A program made the position numbers and the translations under genes. From a virus (Duplodnaviria > Caudoviricetes): a DNA stretch of 64,000 nucleotides. The notes under the pieces were generated by a model, which saw only the letters and a list, made by a program, of their open reading frames with translations, made no database searches and was not told where the DNA came from. Shown here one piece after another: positions 59,444-64,000 of the stretch (position 1 is the stretch's first letter; every line of letters begins with the position of its first letter). The stretch is from the IMG/VR virus record IMGVR_UViG_2684623126_000004. The stretch is one strand, 5' to 3'.

Positions 59444-60418
59444 ATGAGCCAAATCGGCATCGTCTTCGGCAAAAAGCACGCGCCCTGGACGCGCATCGAC
59501 AACAGCGGCGCCATCGTCACCCCGGACGCCAGCTTCTTCAGTAACCACCCGACCTTCGCCGGCATCGCCGACGAGGAAATCGACGGCCAGAGCATGGTGC
59601 GCGTGCCGGCCTTCTACTACCGCTCCGACATCGTGCGCGACGGCCCGCTGCTGGGCAAGAAGGCGCTCTGGGTGAGCGACGAACCCGCCGAAGGCTACGC
59701 GCTGCATCCGGCCTTCCGCAACAACGGCGCCGACCTCGCGCAATACTGGCTGGGCAAGTACCAGGGCACGCCGGACGGCGACGACAAGCTGGGCTCGCAA
59801 GCCGGCCTGATGCCGCTGGCACGCATCGACTTCCCCACCATGCAGGCGCGCGCCGCCGCGCGCGGCGAGGGCTGGATGTTGTGGAGCATTTACCAGCTCG
59901 CGGCCATCCAGGCGCTGGCGCTGATCGAGTGCGGCACGCCCAACGTCAAGTCCATCCTGGGCGAGGGCTACATCGACGGAAACGGCGTGCGCAAGGTCGA
60001 TGACGCCGAGGTGGTGCAGGCGGCCTACCGGGGCATCACGGGCCTCTGGGGCAACGTCTGGCAGATGCTGGACGGCTTGCAGACCGGCGCGAACCGCGAG
60101 TTCCTCATCTGGGACAAGGACGGCCACCGCAACCTGCTCAATACTGGCATCGAAGCGCCGGAGCATGGCTGGATCCACAAGCGCCTGCGCAACGTCGGCG
60201 AGGGATTCGACCTGGGTGCGGCGTTCGTGCCCAAGAAGACCCGCGACGAGCAAGAGGACGCGGCCTACGGCAACTACTCGTGGTTCTGGTCTGGCGGCGT
60301 GGCGTACCACGGCGGCAATTGGGGCGACGGCGCGGCCGGCGGGCTCTTCTGCCTGTACGTCTACAGTCCCGCGTCGCACGTCAGCACGACTGTCGGCGGT
60401 CGCCTCGCAAAGGTGTAA
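59444..60418 (+). CDS. Stand-alone C-type-lectin-like protein, 324 aa, paralogue of the tail fibre C-terminal domain; DGR target 2
   Basis: ATG after AAAGGA; shares HPxFAGI, MVxVPAFY, HPAFxNxGADLAQYWxGKYQG, IDFPTMQARA, GIxGLWxNVWQM with the fibre; ends in VR2. Confidence 0.92.
   Translation: MSQIGIVFGKKHAPWTRIDNSGAIVTPDASFFSNHPTFAGIADEEIDGQSMVRVPAFYYRSDIVRDGPLLGKKALWVSDEPAEGYALHPAFRNNGADLAQYWLGKYQGTPDGDDKLGSQAGLMPLARIDFPTMQARAAARGEGWMLWSIYQLAAIQALALIECGTPNVKSILGEGYIDGNGVRKVDDAEVVQAAYRGITGLWGNVWQMLDGLQTGANREFLIWDKDGHRNLLNTGIEAPEHGWIHKRLRNVGEGFDLGAAFVPKKTRDEQEDAAYGNYSWFWSGGVAYHGGNWGDGAAGGLFCLYVYSPASHVSTTVGGRLAKV
60305..60411 (+). repeat. DGR variable region VR2
   Basis: Versus TR: 13 substitutions at adenines (7 A>G, 4 A>C, 2 A>T) plus one silent T>C at the 5' edge. 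Confidence 0.96.
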
Positions 60419-60481
60419 TGGGTCATGTCGGCATGTGTCATGTATCCGGGCGAGCCTGCCGAGCAGGCCGCCCGGTTTTTT
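60419..60481 (+). promoter_or_regulatory. DGR target-recognition element 2: spacer plus hairpin GGGCG-A-GCCTGC-CGA-GCAGGC-CGCCC (60448-60473), with U-tract so it may also terminate
   Basis: Same architecture as 4895-4951; stem extends by CC/GG and is followed by T6. Confidence 0.85.
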
Positions 60482-60993
60482 CGCAGCGCGAAAAATGGCA
60501 CTCCGGCGATCACGGCGGAAGTGCTTAGGCTCCTTCTGCACTATGACCCCTACACCGGCGTCTTCGCCTGGCGCGCCCCCCCCAGTCGAACCGCGCTCCC
60601 GCCGGAAGCCCGGCAGGAACAATGCGAAACGGCTACGTCCGCATCCGCATCGCGGGAAAGGACTACAACGCGCATCGCCTCGCCTGGCTCTACGTGTTCG
60701 GCGTCTGGCCTGAAAAGCTGGTCGATCACATCAACGGCAGGCGCGACGACAACCGCATCGGCAACCTGCGCGAGCTCTCGAACACCGAGAACCAGCAGAA
60801 CCGCCGCCGCGCTGCGCGGCACAGCAGCACCGGCCTGATAGGCGTCAGCCAAGGCCGGCGTGAGGGCACGTTCCGCGCCCACATCACGCTGAACCGGGAG
60901 CGTCAATTCCTGGGCCACTTCTCCGACCCATTGCAGGCCCAGCAGGCGTACATCGACGCCAAGCGGTGCCTGCATCCGTTCGGAACCATCTGA
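60440..60993 (+). pseudogene. HNH endonuclease with AP2-like C-terminus, split at a C8 tract (60576-60583); start codon uncertain
   Basis: ITAEVLRLLLHYDPYTGVFAW in one frame; GYVRI...AHRLAW...VDHING..DDNRIGNLR...NQQN in another; C9 joins them. Confidence 0.75.
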
Positions 60994-61004
60994 AAGGGAA
61001 ATCC

Positions 61005-61202
61005 ATGAGCACACCGCAGGCTGCGGCCTTGGCGGGCGACTTCGCACGCCCCAAGCCGCTCATCAAGTGCCAGGTCAAGGTGACGACCACCACAGGCGCG
61101 CGCTTCCGTTACGCCGCGCTCTTCGCCAGCACCTGCGACGCCGCCATCGACGCGCTCGAACGGTTCGGCATTTCCAAGATCAGCGTGGAGCCGGCCCGAT
61201 GA
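61005..61202 (+). CDS. Hypothetical 65-aa protein
   Basis: RBS GAAAGGG; ATGA overlap with next ORF. Confidence 0.65.
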   Translation: MSTPQAAALAGDFARPKPLIKCQVKVTTTTGARFRYAALFASTCDAAIDALERFGISKISVEPAR

Positions 61203-61297
61203 AGAAGACGCTGAAGCTGCTGGCCGATTTTCACTACTACCTCAAACGCGGGTACGGCATCCGCAAGTCCTGGCGTCTCGCCAAGGTCACGCTGTAA
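61199..61297 (+). CDS. Small basic peptide (32 aa)
   Basis: Translationally coupled; YYLKRGYGIRKSWRLA. Confidence 0.5.
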   Translation: MKKTLKLLADFHYYLKRGYGIRKSWRLAKVTL

Positions 61298-61332
61298 CCG
61301 CCGCCCATCCATCCCATCATCAAGGAAAACAC

Positions 61333-62430
61333 ATGGACAACATGCAACAGGGCGGCGCGCTCGCTGCCCGTCAAGAGTTCGGCGGTTCCGCCGTCACGCT
61401 CGCCGCCACCGAAACCGCATCCGCCTACGTGGCCGCCCAAGCAAAGGCTGTCGTCGAAGCGCGCTATGTCATGGCGCTGCGCCGCCCGCGCAACTGGGAT
61501 CAGGTGCGCCAAGACCTGCTCAAGGAGTGCCGCCGCCCCAGCTTCGCGCACAACAAGAGCGCCTACTACCGCAAGCCCATCGGCGACGGCGTGGAAGGTC
61601 TGGGGATCCGCTTCGTCGAAGTCGCGCTGCGCTGCATGACGAACGTCCTGGTGGAAACCACCATGATCTTCGAGGACGAGAGCAAGGAAATCCACCGCGT
61701 CAGCGTGACCGACCTGGAATCCAACCTCACCTACCCGCTCGACGTGCGCGTGACCAAGACCGTCGAACGCTCGAAGCCCGCCGACGACGGCAGCTACATC
61801 AGCGTGCGCAAGAACAGCTACAACCGCAACGTCTATACGGTGCCCGCCACCGACGACGACCTGCTGAACAAGCGCGCGGCGCAAATCTCCAAGGCTATCC
61901 GCACGCTGGGCCTGCGCATCATCCCTGGCGACATGCAGGACGAGGCCGAGGGAATCATCAAGGCCATCCGCCTCGACGAAGCCGCGCGCGACCCCGACAC
62001 CGAGCGCAAGCGCATCGCCGACGCCTTCAACGAAATCGGCGTCAAGGCCGCCGACCTGACCGAATACCTGGGCCACACGCTGGACACCTGCTCGCCTGCC
62101 GAGCTGGTGAATCTGCGCGGCATCTACGGCGCCATCCGCGACGGTGAATCCTCGTGGAAGAGCGTCATGGAGAACAAGGCCGAACAAGCTGGCAAGAGTG
62201 CCGGCACTGGCACGGGCAATACCGGCGGCGCGGGCACGGGCGGCGGGAAGGCCCTGCCGACGTGCAGCCCCGAGAACTTCGCCAAGAAGTCGGCGGGCTG
62301 GAAGAAGCAGGTCGAAGCCGGCAAGCCGGTGAATGACCTCATCGCCATGATCGAAACCAAGGAACTGCTCACGCCCGACATGAAGATGGAGATTGCGGGC
62401 TGGGCCACTGCTGGGGGTACTCAAGAATGA
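61333..62430 (+). CDS. Probable single-strand annealing recombinase partner of YqaJ
   Basis: RBS AAGGA; ATGA-coupled to exonuclease; PRNWDQV, YYRKP, GLGIRFVE, AIRTLGLRIIPGD. Confidence 0.6.
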   Translation: MDNMQQGGALAARQEFGGSAVTLAATETASAYVAAQAKAVVEARYVMALRRPRNWDQVRQDLLKECRRPSFAHNKSAYYRKPIGDGVEGLGIRFVEVALRCMTNVLVETTMIFEDESKEIHRVSVTDLESNLTYPLDVRVTKTVERSKPADDGSYISVRKNSYNRNVYTVPATDDDLLNKRAAQISKAIRTLGLRIIPGDMQDEAEGIIKAIRLDEAARDPDTERKRIADAFNEIGVKAADLTEYLGHTLDTCSPAELVNLRGIYGAIRDGESSWKSVMENKAEQAGKSAGTGTGNTGGAGTGGGKALPTCSPENFAKKSAGWKKQVEAGKPVNDLIAMIETKELLTPDMKMEIAGWATAGGTQE

Positions 62431-64000
62431 AAATCCATGACCTTCAACAAGGCAGCCCCGAGTGGCAAGCCTTCCGCCTGACCCACCACGGCGCCAGCGA
62501 GGCCGCCGCGATGCTGGGCCTGTCGAAGAAAACGACGCGCTCCGAACTGCTGCGCATGAAGCACACCGGCACGCCCAAGGAGTTCAGCGACTGGGTACAG
62601 GTGAACATCCTCGACTACGGTCACGAAGTCGAAGCGATGGCGCGGCCCATCATCGAAGACCTGATCGGCGAAGACCTCTACCCGGTGACGTGCTCGAACG
62701 AGGACACCGGCGGCATTCTGTCGGCGTCGTGCGACGGCCTGACGATGGGCTACGACACCGCCTTCGAGCACAAGCAATGGGCCGCCGAACTGGCCGCTTC
62801 CGTCGCCGCCGGCGTGTTGCCCGAAGAGCACATGCCACAGTGCCAGCAAATCATGCTGGTGACGGGTGCCAAGCGCGTCATCTTCACCGTATCCGACGGC
62901 ACGCCCGAGAACTGCGTGCATGTCGAAGTGCTGCCGGATCCTGCCTGGTTCGTTCGCATCGAGGCGGGCTGGGCGCAGTTCGACCGCGACCTGGCCGACT
63001 ACGTGCTGCCCGAGGCGAAGCCGGTCATCGTCGCCGAGGTCGTGCAGGCGCTGCCGGCGGTGGCGGTGCAGATCAGCGGCGAAATCACGGTGCGGGACAA
63101 CTTCAAGGTGTTCGAGGCTGCCTTGCGCGACTTCCTTGAAAACCGCCTCATCCGCGAGCCGGAAACCGACAAGGACTTCATCGACCTGGATGCGCAAATC
63201 AAGGCGCTGAAGAAGGCCGAGGACGCACTCAACTCCGCCGAGACGATGATGCTGGCGCAAATCCAGACCGTCGATGAAGCCAAGCGTCAGAAGGACATGC
63301 TCTACAAGCTGACGCGCGACAACCGCCTCATGGCCGAAAAGCTGCTGGAAAGCGAGAAGACACGCCGGCGCGCGGAGAAGGTGGAAACGGCCCGCAAGGC
63401 TTACGTCGCCCACGTCGCCGAGCTTCAGCGTGAAATCGCTGGCCTGCGCATGGACGTTGCCACTCCGGACTTCGCGGGCGCCATCAAGGGCCTGAAGACG
63501 CTGGAAAGTATGCAGGACAAGCTCGACACGGCTCTGGCGAACGGCAAGATCGCCGCCGAGCAACAGGCCGCCGACCTACGCACGAAGCTGGGCTGGATCG
63601 AGGCCAACGCCGCCGAATACCGCGCGCTGCTGGCCGACCTGCAACAGCTCGCGGCCAAGCCGTTCGACGACTTCAAGCTGGCGGTAACGGCGCGCATCGA
63701 CGCGCACAAGAAGGCCGAGGCCGACCGCCTGGAAGCGGAGCGCGCACGTATCCGGCAGGAGGAAGAGGCCAAGGCGAAGGCCGAAGCCGAAGCGAAGCTG
63801 CGTGCAGAACAGCGGGCCGCCACGCCCGCCGTTCCGCTGGCCGACCCGACGCCCCAGGTTACGGCCAAACCCACCACCACGGCCCGGCCTTCCACCGCGC
63901 CGGCGGTATCCCGCGCCAACCCGGCGCCCACCAGCAAGAGCCGCCCCAGCGACGACGAAATCATCGACGTGCTGGCGCTGCATTTCCGCGTCCATGAATC
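62427..64000 (+). CDS. YqaJ/lambda-exonuclease-family recombination nuclease with long coiled-coil tail (partial)
   Basis: QGSPEW..R...ASEAAAMLG, GHEVE, SASCDGL, FEHK, QCQQ; open to window end. Confidence 0.88.
   Translation, partial: MKIHDLQQGSPEWQAFRLTHHGASEAAAMLGLSKKTTRSELLRMKHTGTPKEFSDWVQVNILDYGHEVEAMARPIIEDLIGEDLYPVTCSNEDTGGILSASCDGLTMGYDTAFEHKQWAAELAASVAAGVLPEEHMPQCQQIMLVTGAKRVIFTVSDGTPENCVHVEVLPDPAWFVRIEAGWAQFDRDLADYVLPEAKPVIVAEVVQALPAVAVQISGEITVRDNFKVFEAALRDFLENRLIREPETDKDFIDLDAQIKALKKAEDALNSAETMMLAQIQTVDEAKRQKDMLYKLTRDNRLMAEKLLESEKTRRRAEKVETARKAYVAHVAELQREIAGLRMDVATPDFAGAIKGLKTLESMQDKLDTALANGKIAAEQQAADLRTKLGWIEANAAEYRALLADLQQLAAKPFDDFKLAVTARIDAHKKAEADRLEAERARIRQEEEAKAKAEAEAKLRAEQRAATPAVPLADPTPQVTAKPTTTARPSTAPAVSRANPAPTSKSRPSDDEIIDVLALHFRVHE

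Larger units (their letters stand above)
800..64000. mobile_element. Integrated temperate prophage (P1-like myovirus virion module with lambdoid immunity/replication); left boundary approximate, right end beyond window
   Basis: Integrase next to host gene, complete head/tail/lysis set, cI/cro/cII switch, replication and recombination genes. Confidence 0.93.

Noticed and set aside
4952-60418. VR2 gene as a plain duplication or misassembly of the fibre end
   Set aside because: The two genes are clearly diverged upstream of the VR and the VR alleles differ at TR-adenine sites
800-64000. Plasmid-prophage lifestyle like P1 (parAB, repA, cre/lox)
   Set aside because: No partition or plasmid replication genes in the window; integrase abuts a chromosomal gene. 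The unseen right end could still carry such genes

Overview
Bases 1-720 are a host riboflavin synthase gene (GC-rich betaproteobacterium-like codon usage). From about 800 to the window end lies one large integrated prophage whose right end is outside the window. It is a mosaic of three parts. (1) An arm-domain tyrosine integrase. (2) A P1-like contractile-tail virion module on the minus strand: terminase, prohead protease, capsid, sheath, baseplate, tape measure, portal, a DarA/DarB/Hdf/Ulx-like antirestriction set and a lysis cassette. (3) A lambdoid control region: cI/cro/cII with 13-bp operators, a replication initiator with ori, a DnaC-like loader, two methyltransferases, and an early rightward operon with KTSC, tRNA-Met, HNH and recombination genes. 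The main result is a diversity-generating retroelement (avd-TR-RT, 2254-3972) whose single 107-nt template matches two variable regions. VR1 ends the tail fibre gene. VR2 is about 55 kb away on the opposite strand and ends a stand-alone, apparently early-expressed, cytoplasmic C-type-lectin-like paralogue. Both targets carry the same IMH, spacer motifs and a covarying bulged hairpin. Other signals read from the sequence: a GGAAAA-N29-(-10) late promoter family giving leaderless mRNAs, a candidate pac repeat array in terS, homopolymer frameshifts in a Dam-like MTase (G10) and an HNH gene (C8), and dense hairpin regions that may be undescribed ncRNAs. Family names come from motif recognition and recalled P1 synteny, not from database searches.
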